From: Clostridia bacterium
GTDB taxonomy: Bacteria > Bacillota > Peptococcia > DRI-13 > UBA5745
Assembly: GCA_018434325.1 (NCBI GenBank)
Contig: JAHDPO010000006.1
Location: 31,668 to 95,667, forward strand
Direction: 5' to 3'
DNA length: 64,000 nucleotides
A program made the translations under genes and the position numbers. The notes below the pieces were generated by a model, which saw nothing but the letters and a program-made list of their open reading frames with translations, searched no databases and had not been told where the DNA came from. Of this stretch, positions 9,470 to 19,131 are shown piece after piece. How positions within the stretch are numbered: the first letter of the stretch is position 1; each line of letters begins with the position of its first letter.

Positions 9470-9502
9470 AAAGGCGGCCCGCTTTATATGAGGCTGCCTT
9501 TT
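9470..9502. terminator. Bidirectional hairpin between convergent ubiX and the decarboxylase gene
   Basis: aaaaggcggcc / ggctgcctttt arms with A/T runs on both sides. Confidence 0.55.
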
Positions 9503-9515
9503 GCTGTACTCCTAT

Positions 9516-11084
9516 TTATTCAGATAAAACCTCGACAAAGACCTGGCCGCCTGTCAGCTCAAGGCCGGTACAGGATTGGCCCGCCTGCAGCCAGCCTTTC
9601 AGGCCGGCAACGGCCTCCTGTCCGATGACCATGCCGGGAAAGACCAGAGGGACTCCCGGAGGATAAGGCGCCAAAGGCAACGCTGCCAGCCGGCCTTGCG
9701 CTTCTTCCAGCTTCACCTTCTGGCGGGGCCGGAAAAAAGCTTCCCGGGGAGAAAGCTCAGGCCGCCAAGGTTTTTGACCCGGGCGGTATAAACCGGCCAA
9801 AAGCTTTTTGCTTTCCGCTTTCATTGCTCTTTGCTTTTTTCCGTTCTCTCCGGCTTTTTCTCGTCCCCAGCCATCATTCTCCTGAATTTCCCGCAAAGCC
9901 TTCAGCAGGTAATCGCCCTGCTCCGGAGCAAAGCCCAGATTCACCATAAACAATACGTAATCATCAGCGGCCAGCTCCGTATCTATGCCATATTGCTGAC
10001 GCAATAACGCCGCTAAAGCAAATCCATTCAAGCCCAGCTCCCCGGAGGATACCGTAATTTTGCGGGGGTCTACCGCATAAGAGGCCGGCAGCTCATCCTG
10101 CCATAAACGGTAGCCTCCTAACGCTCTGATACCGCCGGCCAATTCCCGGGCCAGCTCCTCCGTCTCCTGCAGCCGCTTAACACCGTCCGTCCGCAAGCAA
10201 GCTTGCCAGGCATCCAATGATGCTAAAAGCAAATAGGAAGGGCTGGAGGATTGCATAATATTGACCGTCTGCCGCAGCCTGCCTGACAGCTGCCGGTTAT
10301 TGCAATGAAGGAGAGCCGTTTGGGTAAAACCGCAGCCCATTTTGTGGACGCTTTGCACTACTGTATCGGCGCCCCAATAAAGAGCTCCGGCTGTCTTATT
10401 GACAAATGGCAAATGAGCGCCATGAGCTTCATCCACCAGCCAACCCCAAGCCGGCCGAGCCCTCAGCAGCTCCTTCTCCCAGGCAAGATCGGCAATCACC
10501 CCGTTATACGTGGGGTTTAAGCTGATCCATAAGCCTTTAGCATCAGTGCCGCTGTTATTAAAATAGGCCGTTGCCGCCGCCTGATCCACCCCCAGAGGCA
10601 GCCCCCACTCCCGGTCTATCAGGCAAGGCAGAATTACCGGTTTACTGCCGCTGAGAATCAGGCCCTGTAGAATTGCCATGTGGCAATGAGCACTCATAAT
10701 CGTTGGGATTTCAGAACTGCTCATGGCCAGTATAGCCGCTTCCAAACCGGCGGTAGATCCATTTACCAAATAGAAAACCTCTTGGGAGCCAGCCAGACAG
10801 GCCATGGCTTTTTGACTTTGTTCGATACAGCCTGCAGGGGCCCCTAAATTATCCAGGCCCGGCAGCTCCGTCAGATCCAGAGCCTGCCCCTGCTCCGCCA
10901 GCAAACGGCTGAAGGGCGGCCATTGACCCCGGCCCTGGTGATGGCCAGGCATATGAAAGCCGCCCTTTTTGCCGCCGGCATGGCAAGCCAATGCTGCCAG
11001 CAATGGGGCATTGATCCTTATCTCTTCGTCCATAGGGTATTCCTGCCCCAATTTCACTAAATCTTCCCCCTTCTTTTGGCTCAT
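9516..11084 (-). CDS. Orn/Lys/Arg decarboxylase family protein (YaaO-like, PLP-dependent)
   Basis: 522 aa. FHMPGHHQG near the N-terminus, SVHKM (PLP lysine context) and a C-terminal decarboxylase domain. Occupies the yaaO position of the Bacillus block. Confidence 0.8.
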   Translation of the reverse strand: MSQKKGEDLVKLGQEYPMDEEIRINAPLLAALACHAGGKKGGFHMPGHHQGRGQWPPFSRLLAEQGQALDLTELPGLDNLGAPAGCIEQSQKAMACLAGSQEVFYLVNGSTAGLEAAILAMSSSEIPTIMSAHCHMAILQGLILSGSKPVILPCLIDREWGLPLGVDQAAATAYFNNSGTDAKGLWISLNPTYNGVIADLAWEKELLRARPAWGWLVDEAHGAHLPFVNKTAGALYWGADTVVQSVHKMGCGFTQTALLHCNNRQLSGRLRQTVNIMQSSSPSYLLLASLDAWQACLRTDGVKRLQETEELARELAGGIRALGGYRLWQDELPASYAVDPRKITVSSGELGLNGFALAALLRQQYGIDTELAADDYVLFMVNLGFAPEQGDYLLKALREIQENDGWGREKAGENGKKQRAMKAESKKLLAGLYRPGQKPWRPELSPREAFFRPRQKVKLEEAQGRLAALPLAPYPPGVPLVFPGMVIGQEAVAGLKGWLQAGQSCTGLELTGGQVFVEVLSE

Positions 11085-11152
11085 TCCAATTATTGTGTTA
11101 TAATAAGCTATAATAAATTAGAATAACAGCTCTTCGGAAAGGAGCCTGTCTT

Positions 11153-12616
11153 ATGGCTCATGTCAGCGCCAGCCGTTTTCAGATGATGACAGAAACACCT
11201 CTGCCTTCTTTGATCCGCACACTATCCATTCCGCCTATTATCAGCATGTTGATTACCTCGGTCTATAATTTGGCCGATACTTTTTTTGTCAGCCAAATCA
11301 GCACCAGCGCTTCCGGCGCTGTAGGCGTAGTTTTCTCCCTGATGGCGATTATCCAGGCTATCGGCTTTACCCTGGGCATGGGAGCCGGTATGAATATCTC
11401 AAGGCTTTTGGGTCAGCAGGATCTGGAGCGGGCCCATCTTTTTGCCTCAACCTCTTTCTTTAGCGGTTTGCTTCTGGGCTCTCTGCTCTCCCTAACCGGT
11501 GTGATTTTTTTGGAAGAGCTGGTGGTCAGTTTGGGAGCTACTCCCACCATATTGCCTTATGCCATGGATTACTGCCGGGTCATCCTGCTGGGAGCGCCTT
11601 TCATGGCCAGCTCTTTCGTGATGAACAATATCCTGCGCTCTCAGGGCAACAGCTTCCTTTCCATGATCGGCATCGGCGCCGGCGCCGTTCTCAATATTTT
11701 GCTTGATCCTATTTTTATCTTCGTTTTCGGCTGGGGTATCGCCGGGGCGGCGGCAGCCACAGTTCTCAGCCAGATCCTCAGTTTCTTTATTCTTTATTAT
11801 ATCATTTACCATGAATCAAGCGGCGTTCAGATCCGTTTACGCTATTTCCGTCCGGTCTGGAGCGTCTATCGCTACATCCTTTCCAATGGCCTGCCTTCTT
11901 TTTACCGCCAGATGTTGGCCAGCTTTGCCACCATCCTCCTGAACTACTGCTCCGCCCCTTACGGCGACGCCGCCATTGCCGCCATGTCCATTGTGGCCCG
12001 CCTCAATCACTTTCTGATTTCTTTTATTCTGGGCTTCGGTCAAGGCTTTATGCCTATCACCGGCTTTAATTACGGAGCGAAGAAGTACCGGCGGGTCTGG
12101 GAAAGCTTTTTTTATTGTCAGAAGCTGGCCGCCGGCTTTCTCTTGGTTATGGCAATTATCGTTTTTCTGGGAGCCCCCAGAATCATCGCCCTTTTTCGGC
12201 GGGAGGATCTGGAGGTTATCCGTATCGGTACTTTAGCCCTGCGTCTGCAATGCTTCGTCTTGCCCCTGCAAGCCTGGATCATCCTTTGCAATATGCTGAC
12301 CCAATCCCTGGGCAAATCCATTCAAGCCTCGATCATGGCAATATCCCGCCAGGGTATATTTTTGCTGCCGGCTTTGCTGATCCTTTCGGCCGCTATCGGC
12401 CTTTTAGGCGTACAATGCGCCCAGCCCCTCGCCGATATTCTCACCTTTATTCTCTCCCTGGCCACCACGCTACCCGTATTAAAAATGCTGCGCCAAAGAT
12501 CCGGCGAAGATGAATCCGATCTCAGCCCGGACCTTGAAAGCATGGACGGAGTTGTGCCGGCTATGGCTGCGGAATCGGCAATCGACGAAGCGAATCTGTC
12601 GGATCTCGAAGGCTAG
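11153..12616 (+). CDS. MATE-family efflux transporter
   Basis: 487 aa, 12-TM-like. N-terminal PPIISMLITSVYNLADTFFVSQ typical of MATE proteins. Acidic C-terminal tail. Confidence 0.8.
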   Translation: MAHVSASRFQMMTETPLPSLIRTLSIPPIISMLITSVYNLADTFFVSQISTSASGAVGVVFSLMAIIQAIGFTLGMGAGMNISRLLGQQDLERAHLFASTSFFSGLLLGSLLSLTGVIFLEELVVSLGATPTILPYAMDYCRVILLGAPFMASSFVMNNILRSQGNSFLSMIGIGAGAVLNILLDPIFIFVFGWGIAGAAAATVLSQILSFFILYYIIYHESSGVQIRLRYFRPVWSVYRYILSNGLPSFYRQMLASFATILLNYCSAPYGDAAIAAMSIVARLNHFLISFILGFGQGFMPITGFNYGAKKYRRVWESFFYCQKLAAGFLLVMAIIVFLGAPRIIALFRREDLEVIRIGTLALRLQCFVLPLQAWIILCNMLTQSLGKSIQASIMAISRQGIFLLPALLILSAAIGLLGVQCAQPLADILTFILSLATTLPVLKMLRQRSGEDESDLSPDLESMDGVVPAMAAESAIDEANLSDLEG

Positions 12617-13389
12617 CCTCGGGCTTCCGCCACGAAAGCTTTGGCGGCGGCGGCAAACAAGCTATAGGCAAAGACAATGGCAATTTGACAGCCTTGGCGA
12701 TAATAATCCTCAACCCGTTCACCGGGGCGGACGACATTAGCCATCGGCTTGCCGGTCCGGCGGCCTGCCGCCATCAAGCGCTCTATGGCCTTCGCTACCG
12801 CCGGATGGGAGGTTTCACCGGGATAACCCAGGCTTTGGGCCAAATCACCGGCGCCGATGATGGCGCCGTCGATGCCCGGCGTCGTTAAAATCGCTGCCGC
12901 CTGCTCCACTGCCTCCTCCGTTTCCAGAATAGGCCAGACTATGGTTTCCTCATTGGCCCGGGCCATATACTCCTTCATGGGCAGGGACAGGCCGTAATCC
13001 GAGGCCCTGGTGGCGTTGATCCCCCGCTTGCCCAGGGGATGGTATTTAACGGCCGCCACTGCCGCCGCCGCTTCCCCGGCATTGCTGACTCCAGGCACAA
13101 TGACCCCTGCCGCCCCTATATCCATATAGCGGAGGATCACCTCCGGCCGGGCCGCCGGCACCCGGATCAATGAAGCCAAGCCCCGCAGTTGGGCCGCCGT
13201 CACCATGGCCAGGCAGTCTGCTTCCGAAAGGGGACCGTGTTCGGCGTCGATAAATAAAAAATCAAAGCCCGCAAGCCCGCAAATTTCGGCAAATGCAGGC
13301 ATGGGGCTTTGTATAGCGCAGCCGGTAAGCTTTTGGCCGGCTGCTAATTTTATTTTTAAAAGACGATTGGCCGTGATTTTTTCTTCCAT
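12613..13389 (-). CDS. HpcH/HpaI-family aldolase
   Basis: GFDFLFIDAEHGP, LIRVP and GIDGAIIGAGDL motifs. Start moved to MEEKITANRL (AGGAGG 8 nt upstream). Its stop overlaps the MATE stop at a CTAG. Confidence 0.75.
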   Translation of the reverse strand: MEEKITANRLLKIKLAAGQKLTGCAIQSPMPAFAEICGLAGFDFLFIDAEHGPLSEADCLAMVTAAQLRGLASLIRVPAARPEVILRYMDIGAAGVIVPGVSNAGEAAAAVAAVKYHPLGKRGINATRASDYGLSLPMKEYMARANEETIVWPILETEEAVEQAAAILTTPGIDGAIIGAGDLAQSLGYPGETSHPAVAKAIERLMAAGRRTGKPMANVVRPGERVEDYYRQGCQIAIVFAYSLFAAAAKAFVAEARG

Positions 13390-13451
13390 GGGTATACCTC
13401 CTGATTGCCGCTGCGCCAAAGGCGCAGACAGAATATGCATCAAGTATACCC
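13390..13451 (-). promoter_or_regulatory. Structured leader between leuB and the aldolase gene. It contains a hairpin motif also found at 51991-52024.
   Basis: RNA sense: GGGUAUAC (13451-13444) ... CUGCGCC-UUU-GGCGCAG ... AGGAG-GUAUACCC (13397-13390) AUG. An 8-bp outer helix abuts the SD and start codon. The core AUUCUGUCUGCGCCUUUGGCGCAGCGGCAAUC recurs upstream of the 49762..51831 gene. Confidence 0.4.
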
Positions 13452-13500
13452 TTTTTTACGCGGCCTGCCAATATTCGCTTAGCCGGCTAAATCTCCTTGA

Positions 13501-14580
13501 TTACAGGCTGGTCATAGCTTTGGCGATGGCCTGGCCCATCTCCTTGGTACCAATGGGTTTTTCGCCGCCATAGGCGATATCCCCGGTACGTAAGCCGGCT
13601 GCCAGCACCTGATTTACCGCTTCTTCAATAGCGGCGGCGGCGGCCATCTGGCCGAAGGAATAACGGAGCATCATGGCCGCGGATAAGATGGCCGCCAGGG
13701 GATTGGCAATATCTTGGCCGGCGATATCCGGCGCCGAGCCGTGAACCGGCTCGTATAAGCCGAAAGTGCCGGCGGCCAAAGAAGCCGAGGGTAGCATGCC
13801 GATGGAGCCGGTGATTTGGGAAGCCTCATCGGAGAGGATATCCCCAAACATATTGCTGGTGACGATGGTATCAAACTGGCGGGGATGACGCACCAGCTGC
13901 ATAGCCGCATTATCCACATACATATGGGACAACTCCACATCAGGATAGCTTTTGCCGATATCGATCATCGTCTCCCGCCACAGCCGGGAAGTCTCCAGCA
14001 CATTGGCTTTATCTACAGAGCAAAGGCGCTTATTGCGCTTGCGGGCGAACTGGAAAGCGGCCTCGCCCACCCTCCGGATTTCGTACTCGGCGTAGGCTTC
14101 CGTATCAAAAGCCTCCTGGCTGCCCGGCTCTCCCCGGCGGCTGCGCTTACCAAAATAAATGCCTCCCGTCAATTCCCGGACGATCAAAATATCCAGGCCC
14201 TCGCCTAAAATCTCATCTTTCAACGGCGAAGCGCCGCGCAAGGGCGCATAAACAATGGCCGGCCGCAGGTTGGCGAAAAGCCCCAGGGTCTCCCGGATAC
14301 GCAGCAAACCCTTCTCCGGCCGCTGTTCACCGGCCAGATGATCCCATTTCGGCCCGCCCACAGCCCCCAGCATCACGGCATCGGCAGCTTTGCACTGATC
14401 GATGGTCTCCTGGGGCAGAGGATCCCCCGTCTGATCGATGGCCGCACCGCCAATGAGGGCTTCGGTAAAATCTATGGCAAAGCCGTATTTCTGGCCGGCC
14501 AGCTCAAGAATTTTAAGAGCCTCCTCCGTAACTTCCGGGCCGATGCCATCGCCTTTTAATACTGTAACTCTGTAGTTCAT
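13501..14580 (-). CDS. leuB: 3-isopropylmalate dehydrogenase
   Basis: 359 aa. [14 protein letters not shown] and [12 protein letters not shown] motifs. Last gene of the leu block. Confidence 0.9.
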   Translation of the reverse strand: MNYRVTVLKGDGIGPEVTEEALKILELAGQKYGFAIDFTEALIGGAAIDQTGDPLPQETIDQCKAADAVMLGAVGGPKWDHLAGEQRPEKGLLRIRETLGLFANLRPAIVYAPLRGASPLKDEILGEGLDILIVRELTGGIYFGKRSRRGEPGSQEAFDTEAYAEYEIRRVGEAAFQFARKRNKRLCSVDKANVLETSRLWRETMIDIGKSYPDVELSHMYVDNAAMQLVRHPRQFDTIVTSNMFGDILSDEASQITGSIGMLPSASLAAGTFGLYEPVHGSAPDIAGQDIANPLAAILSAAMMLRYSFGQMAAAAAIEEAVNQVLAAGLRTGDIAYGGEKPIGTKEMGQAIAKAMTSL

Positions 14581-14586
14581 CGCCGG

Positions 14587-15081
14587 CTAGTCCTCCCGCT
14601 TATTCTTGATGTATTCCACCAGGCCGCCGGCGGTAATAATCTTTTGCATGAAAGGCGGGAAAGGGGCGGCCACATAATGCTTATCCTTCGTAATATTATG
14701 GATGGCGCCGTTGTCCAGATCGACTTCGATTTCATCGCCCATGGCTGCTTCTTTAGCGGCCTCGGGGCATTCCAAAACCGGCAGGCCGATATTAATGGCA
14801 TTGCGGAAGAAGATGCGGGCAAAATTTTCGGCGATTACGCAGCTGATGCCGGCAGCCTTAATGGAGATAGGGGCATGCTCCCGGCTGGAGCCGCAGCCAA
14901 AATTCAAGCCTCCCACCATGATGTCGCCGGCCTTGACCCGCTTGACAAATTCTTTGTCGATATCCTCCATGCAATGAGCGGCAAGGGCAGCGGGATCGGG
15001 ATTATTGAGAACCCGGGCCGGAATGATAACGTCCGTATCGATATGATCGCCGTACTTATGGGCGAAGCCTTTGCATTTCAT
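14587..15081 (-). CDS. leuD: 3-isopropylmalate dehydratase small subunit
   Basis: 164 aa. GD.IDTD.IIPA and GSSREHA motifs. Confidence 0.9.
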   Translation of the reverse strand: MKCKGFAHKYGDHIDTDVIIPARVLNNPDPAALAAHCMEDIDKEFVKRVKAGDIMVGGLNFGCGSSREHAPISIKAAGISCVIAENFARIFFRNAINIGLPVLECPEAAKEAAMGDEIEVDLDNGAIHNITKDKHYVAAPFPPFMQKIITAGGLVEYIKNKRED

Positions 15082-15115
15082 AAACAGTCTCCTTTATTCA
15101 TCTATTTTGTGGCAT

Positions 15116-16378
15116 TTATTCCAAGGAGTCGGGGCCGCAGATGTAGCCGGCCACAGCGGAAGCCGCGGCTACGGCCGGGGAAGCCAGGTAAATCTCGCTG
15201 GTTACATGACCCATGCGGCCTACGAAATTACGGTTAGTGGTGGAAACGCACTTTTCGCCCTCCGCCAATATGCCCATGTGACCGCCCAGACAGGGGCCGC
15301 AGGTAGGGGTGGAAACGGCGGCGCCGGCGTCGATGAAGATATTCATCAGGCCTTCGTCTACGCATTGCTTCCAGATAGCCTGGGTGGCAGGAAAAATAAT
15401 GCAGCGCACGTAGTCGGCAACCTTTCTGCCCTTCAATACAGCGGCGGCGGCCCGCATGTCGTCGATACGGCCATTAGTGCAGGAGCCGATAACCACCTGG
15501 TCAATGGCGATCTTCATTTTTTCTGCTTCTGCCACCGTCCGGGCATTTTCCGGCAGATGGGGGAAAGCCACGGTGAGGGGCACTTCATTTAAATCAATGA
15601 CCACTTCCTGAACATATTCCGCATCGGGATCGGCAGCGTAGGCAACGCCCTTATTGCCGCCGTGAGCGGCGATATATTCCAGGGTGACCTCATCCACAGG
15701 AAAAATTCCGTTTTTGGCGCCGGCTTCGACGGCCATATTGGCTATGGTGAAACGGTCGTCCATGGTCAGCTGGGCGATATCGCCGCCAAATTCCAGGGAG
15801 CGGTAACGGGCGCCGTCGACGCCAAGGATACCGATCAGGTGCAGGATAACGTCTTTGCCGGAAACGTGCTTTTGTTTTTTGCCGGTGACGGTCACCTTGA
15901 TAGCTTCGGGAATCTTAAACCAGGCGGTGCCGGTAGCCATGCCGGCAGCCATATCCGTGGAACCTACGCCGGTGGTAAAGGCCCCCAGGGCTCCGTGGGT
16001 GCAAGTATGGCTGTCGGCGCCGATGACGGCGTCGCCGGGCTTGATCAAGCCTTTTTCCGGCAGCAGGGCATGCTCTACGCCCACTTGGCCCACTTCAAAA
16101 TAATGGACGCCCATTTTACGGGCAAACTCCCGGGTGGTTTTGGCCAGGCCGGCGGCGGCGATATCTTTATTGGGCGTAAAATGATCCGGCACCAGGGCCA
16201 CTTTATTGGGGTCAAAAACTTTGGTGGCGCCCATCTTATAAAATTCGCCGATGGCTACCGGTCCGGTGATGTCGTTACCAAAAACCAGATCCAGATTGCA
16301 CTCCACCAGCTCTCCGGCGACAACCGATGGTTTGCCGGCTTTTTGAGCCAGGATTTTTTGGGTCATTGTCATTGCCAT
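15116..16378 (-). CDS. leuC: 3-isopropylmalate dehydratase large subunit
   Basis: Aconitase-family motifs ([17 protein letters not shown]). Start moved to [10 protein letters not shown] (GGAGG 9 nt upstream). Confidence 0.9.
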   Translation of the reverse strand: MAMTMTQKILAQKAGKPSVVAGELVECNLDLVFGNDITGPVAIGEFYKMGATKVFDPNKVALVPDHFTPNKDIAAAGLAKTTREFARKMGVHYFEVGQVGVEHALLPEKGLIKPGDAVIGADSHTCTHGALGAFTTGVGSTDMAAGMATGTAWFKIPEAIKVTVTGKKQKHVSGKDVILHLIGILGVDGARYRSLEFGGDIAQLTMDDRFTIANMAVEAGAKNGIFPVDEVTLEYIAAHGGNKGVAYAADPDAEYVQEVVIDLNEVPLTVAFPHLPENARTVAEAEKMKIAIDQVVIGSCTNGRIDDMRAAAAVLKGRKVADYVRCIIFPATQAIWKQCVDEGLMNIFIDAGAAVSTPTCGPCLGGHMGILAEGEKCVSTTNRNFVGRMGHVTSEIYLASPAVAAASAVAGYICGPDSLE

Positions 16379-16414
16379 TACGTAATTCCTCCTATACATC
16401 TTATATCATTAGTT

Positions 16415-18052
16415 TTAAGCCGATTGTTTGGCTGTCTCAGCCTTTGCCCGGTTAATGGCATTCACATAAGCTAAAATGGAAGCTTCGATAATATCGGTAG
16501 ACAGGCCCCGTCCGGTATGGCTGATCATCTGAGCCTTGACGCCCTGGGGCCGCTCTGCCTCAGCGATCTGCTCCGCCTCAGAGGCACCCTGGCCATCGGC
16601 CTCAGTCTTTGTAGCCTCAGCCTGGGTCTCCTCCCGACTGATGCGGACCGTCACCTCGCCGAGGGCATCCATGCCGCCGGTAACGGCCATGATATCATAG
16701 GAATCCAGCCGCCACTGACCGCCCACAATGCGATTAACCGCATTATAAGCTGCATCCACAGGTCCGTCTCCGGTAGCTGCTTCCGTCACTATCTGGCCGT
16801 CACAGGCTAAGGTAATGCTGGCCATCGCCTGCATTTTATTGCCGCTTTGGATCTGGAAGGACTCCATTTTATAGTAGTCCGGGGTATCCCGCTTCACATG
16901 GCCGACGATGGCTTCCAGGTCGCTTTCGGTAATAGTCTTTTTACGGTCCGCCAGCTCTTTAAACTCCGCAAAAGCACTGTCGATATCCTCTTTCGTCAAC
17001 GTATAACCCATGGCCTGCAGCCGGTCGCTGAAGGCGTGGCGGCCGGAGAGCTTGCCCAATACCAGGGTGCTTTCCGTTTTGCCTACGGATTGGGGCGTCA
17101 TGATCTCATAAGTCATGGGATTGGCCAGAATACCGTGCTGATGGATGCCGGATTCATGGGCAAAGGCATTAGCCCCAACGATAGATTTGTAAATCGATAC
17201 CGGCACGCCGGTGAGTTTGGCTACCCGCTGGCTGGTACGATAGATCCGGGTGGTGTCGATGCCGTGGGTTACCTGGAAATTGCCGCCCCGGGTATTGATG
17301 GCCATGATCACTTCTTCCATGGAGCAGTTGCCGGCTCTTTCGCCCAGGCCGTTGACCGTGCATTCAATCTGCAATGCGCCGTTTTGGATAGCCGATAAGC
17401 TGTTGGCCACCGCCAGTCCCAGGTCATCGTGGCAGTGAACGCTGATGATGGCCTTGTCAATATTAGGCACATTCTCTTTGACCCCTTTGATCAGCCTGCC
17501 GAATTCCTCGGGTACGGCATAGCCCACTGTATCGGGAATATTGACAGTAGTGGCGCCGGCGTCAATGGCTGCCTCCAGCACCTGATACATGAAGGCCGGC
17601 TCGGAGCGGCTGGCGTCTTCGCAGGAAAATTCGATATTGTCACAGAGGCTTTTGCCCAGCTTAACGGCCTTCACCGCCGCCGCCAGCACCTGCTCCCGGC
17701 TCATCCTCAGCTTATACTGCATGTGGATGTCGCTGGTGGCAATAAAGATGTGCAGCCGGGGATTGACTGCTCCTTTGACAGCCTCCCAGGCCCGCTCAAT
17801 GTCTGCCGGCACGCAGCGGCACAAAGCCGCCACAGAGCATTTGACATGCTGGGCCACAGCCTGGACCGCCTCAAAGTCTCCGGGAGAGGCGGCAGGGAAA
17901 CCGGCCTCGATTACATCCACTCCCAGCTTCTCCAGCTGCCGGGCAATTTCCAGCTTCTCCGACAGATTCAGGTTAACTCCCGGAGTCTGCTCGCCGTCTC
18001 GCAGCGTAGTATCAAAAATAATCACTTTTTTCTTTTGTTCGGCATTCGTCAT
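16415..18052 (-). CDS. leuA: 2-isopropylmalate synthase
   Basis: IFDTTLRDGEQTPG, VIEAGFPAASPGDFE and HCHDDLGLAVANSL motifs plus a LeuA dimerisation/regulatory C-terminus. The C-terminal domain carries a low-complexity acidic insertion (ETQAEATKTEADGQGASEAEQIAEAE). Confidence 0.9.
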   Translation of the reverse strand: MTNAEQKKKVIIFDTTLRDGEQTPGVNLNLSEKLEIARQLEKLGVDVIEAGFPAASPGDFEAVQAVAQHVKCSVAALCRCVPADIERAWEAVKGAVNPRLHIFIATSDIHMQYKLRMSREQVLAAAVKAVKLGKSLCDNIEFSCEDASRSEPAFMYQVLEAAIDAGATTVNIPDTVGYAVPEEFGRLIKGVKENVPNIDKAIISVHCHDDLGLAVANSLSAIQNGALQIECTVNGLGERAGNCSMEEVIMAINTRGGNFQVTHGIDTTRIYRTSQRVAKLTGVPVSIYKSIVGANAFAHESGIHQHGILANPMTYEIMTPQSVGKTESTLVLGKLSGRHAFSDRLQAMGYTLTKEDIDSAFAEFKELADRKKTITESDLEAIVGHVKRDTPDYYKMESFQIQSGNKMQAMASITLACDGQIVTEAATGDGPVDAAYNAVNRIVGGQWRLDSYDIMAVTGGMDALGEVTVRISREETQAEATKTEADGQGASEAEQIAEAERPQGVKAQMISHTGRGLSTDIIEASILAYVNAINRAKAETAKQSA

Positions 18053-18129
18053 TGTAATTCCTCCTCTTTATTTGCGGATTTTTCGCATTCGCCTGCTGAT
18101 TTTTCTCAAGTCGATTTTGCCGTCCGGTA

Positions 18130-18565
18130 ATAAAAAAACCCTCATCCTGTCATAAGACCGCGGCTTTTACAGCCACAGCTATGATCAGGACGAAGGTTAA
18201 CTTCGCGGTACCACCTGAATTCGCACTTATCATGCGCTCTCGTGGCGGCAAAGAAATCGTTTCCGGCTTAAAGCCTTCTGTCCTTTCTTCTGCCGCCGCC
18301 CCTTTAACGGCGGGCCAGGCCGGCTGGGCTTACTTGCCGCCGCCGATCATCCCATTTCACCTGCCTGCTTTGGATTGCTTGCCGGCTATGGTTTTGTGTA
18401 GATCGCAGAGCTTTCTGCCTGCCGCTCCGGGGCCAGTTCCCCCTGAACCAGTGCCTGAGCCCATGCCCGGCCTGATCCATTTCCCGCTCTCAGTGGCTGT
18501 TTCAGCAACCCAGCCCTCTCTGTACATCCTGCGGATAAGGTACTCTTCCCCTTCATTGCGTTTAT
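18130..18565 (-). promoter_or_regulatory. T-box leader, leuA-proximal copy
   Basis: RNA sense: AAUGAAGGGGAAGAGUAC (GA/AGUA), AGAGAG-GGCUGG-GUUGCUGAAA-CAGCC, and the T-box AAUUCAGGUGGUACCGCG (18221-18204). A terminator stem follows, ending in U7 (18132-18138 on plus). A Leu codon followed by A is present in the specifier region (CUC-A, CUG-A). Confidence 0.8.
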
Positions 18566-18604
18566 TTCAATATGCTGTTTTGCTGTCTGACTGCGGCTTG
18601 CGGG

Positions 18605-18893
18605 AAACAAAAAAGCTTCGCCTCTTGCCTATGCAAGAGACGAAGCTGAAACTCCGCGGTACCACTCTCATTGACGGTCTAAGCCGCCCTGCTCATGTGC
18701 TCTCTTTAGAAAACACTGCCTTTTGATAACGGTGAGGTCACCGCCCTTCCTACTAAGTACCCGCAGGCGCCTTTCGGTCGGAGGCTCAAGGGTGAGTGAT
18801 GTCAGGATGGGACACTGCCTCGCAGCAAACGGCAGCTCTCTGAAGTACCCAGGTTCGTGACTTATTCCCTATCAACGCCAGATGATTTTATAT
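18605..18893 (-). promoter_or_regulatory. T-box leader, promoter-proximal copy
   Basis: RNA sense: GUUGAUAGGGAAUAAGU, AGAGAG-CUGCC-GUUUGCUGCGA-GGCAG, and the T-box AAUGAGAGUGGUACCGCG (18672-18654). A 15-bp terminator follows (agcttcgtctcttgc / gcaagaggcgaagct) plus a U run (18609-18614 on plus). Confidence 0.8.
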
Positions 18894-18899
18894 TTTACA

Positions 18900-18928
18900 A
18901 TATTAACGCACTCCAACTATTATGTCAA
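18900..18928 (-). promoter_or_regulatory. Sigma-A-type promoter of the T-box/leu operon
   Basis: Minus strand TTGACA (18928-18923), a 17-bp spacer, then TAATAT (18905-18900). Confidence 0.7.
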
Positions 18929-19131
18929 GTATTTTTTATTTACAAGCAGAGTTTGATTCAGTACAATGGTCGTACTATGAAAAGGACAAAATAAAGGAAA
19001 AAGTCCTTGCCATAGACTACTTAGCTTTTAAAGACACCATGCACAGCCTCATCGAAAAAGACATCCTAATCCTTCTGCAAGTGATGGCAGGCTAGAGCTG
19101 TTTCAAGCTTTCCCCTGCCCGGGGCTGTTTT

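Noticed and set aside
15662-16474. Long antisense ORFs opposite well-supported genes. Examples: 15662..16474 opposite leuC, 17429..18130 opposite leuA, 52319..53293 opposite lysS, 33179..33916 opposite the RND pump, 37340..38044 opposite cls, 62477..63142 opposite folP, and 551..1051 opposite rsmI.
   Set aside because: Their translations are low-complexity (Gly/Arg/Ala/His-rich) and have no recognisable motifs or ribosome-binding sites. They mirror the codon structure of strongly supported genes on the other strand. These are typical shadow ORFs.
16415-18052. Whether the first leu-operon gene is citramalate synthase (CimA) rather than LeuA.
   Set aside because: The N-terminal motif set (IFDTTLRDGEQTPG, EAGFPAASPGDFE) fits LeuA. 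Leu-type codons in both T-box specifier regions fit it too. The acidic insertion in the C-terminal domain is low-complexity and not diagnostic.
18922-19095. A 57-aa plus-strand ORF (MSSIFYLQAEFDSVQWSYYEKDKIKEKVLAIDYLAFKDTMHSLIEKDILILLQVMAG) between the T-box promoter and TIR copy 1.
   Set aside because: It has no Shine-Dalgarno sequence. Its ATG sits inside the -35 of the opposite-strand leu promoter, and I recognise no family. It could be a gene remnant, but I cannot support it as a feature.
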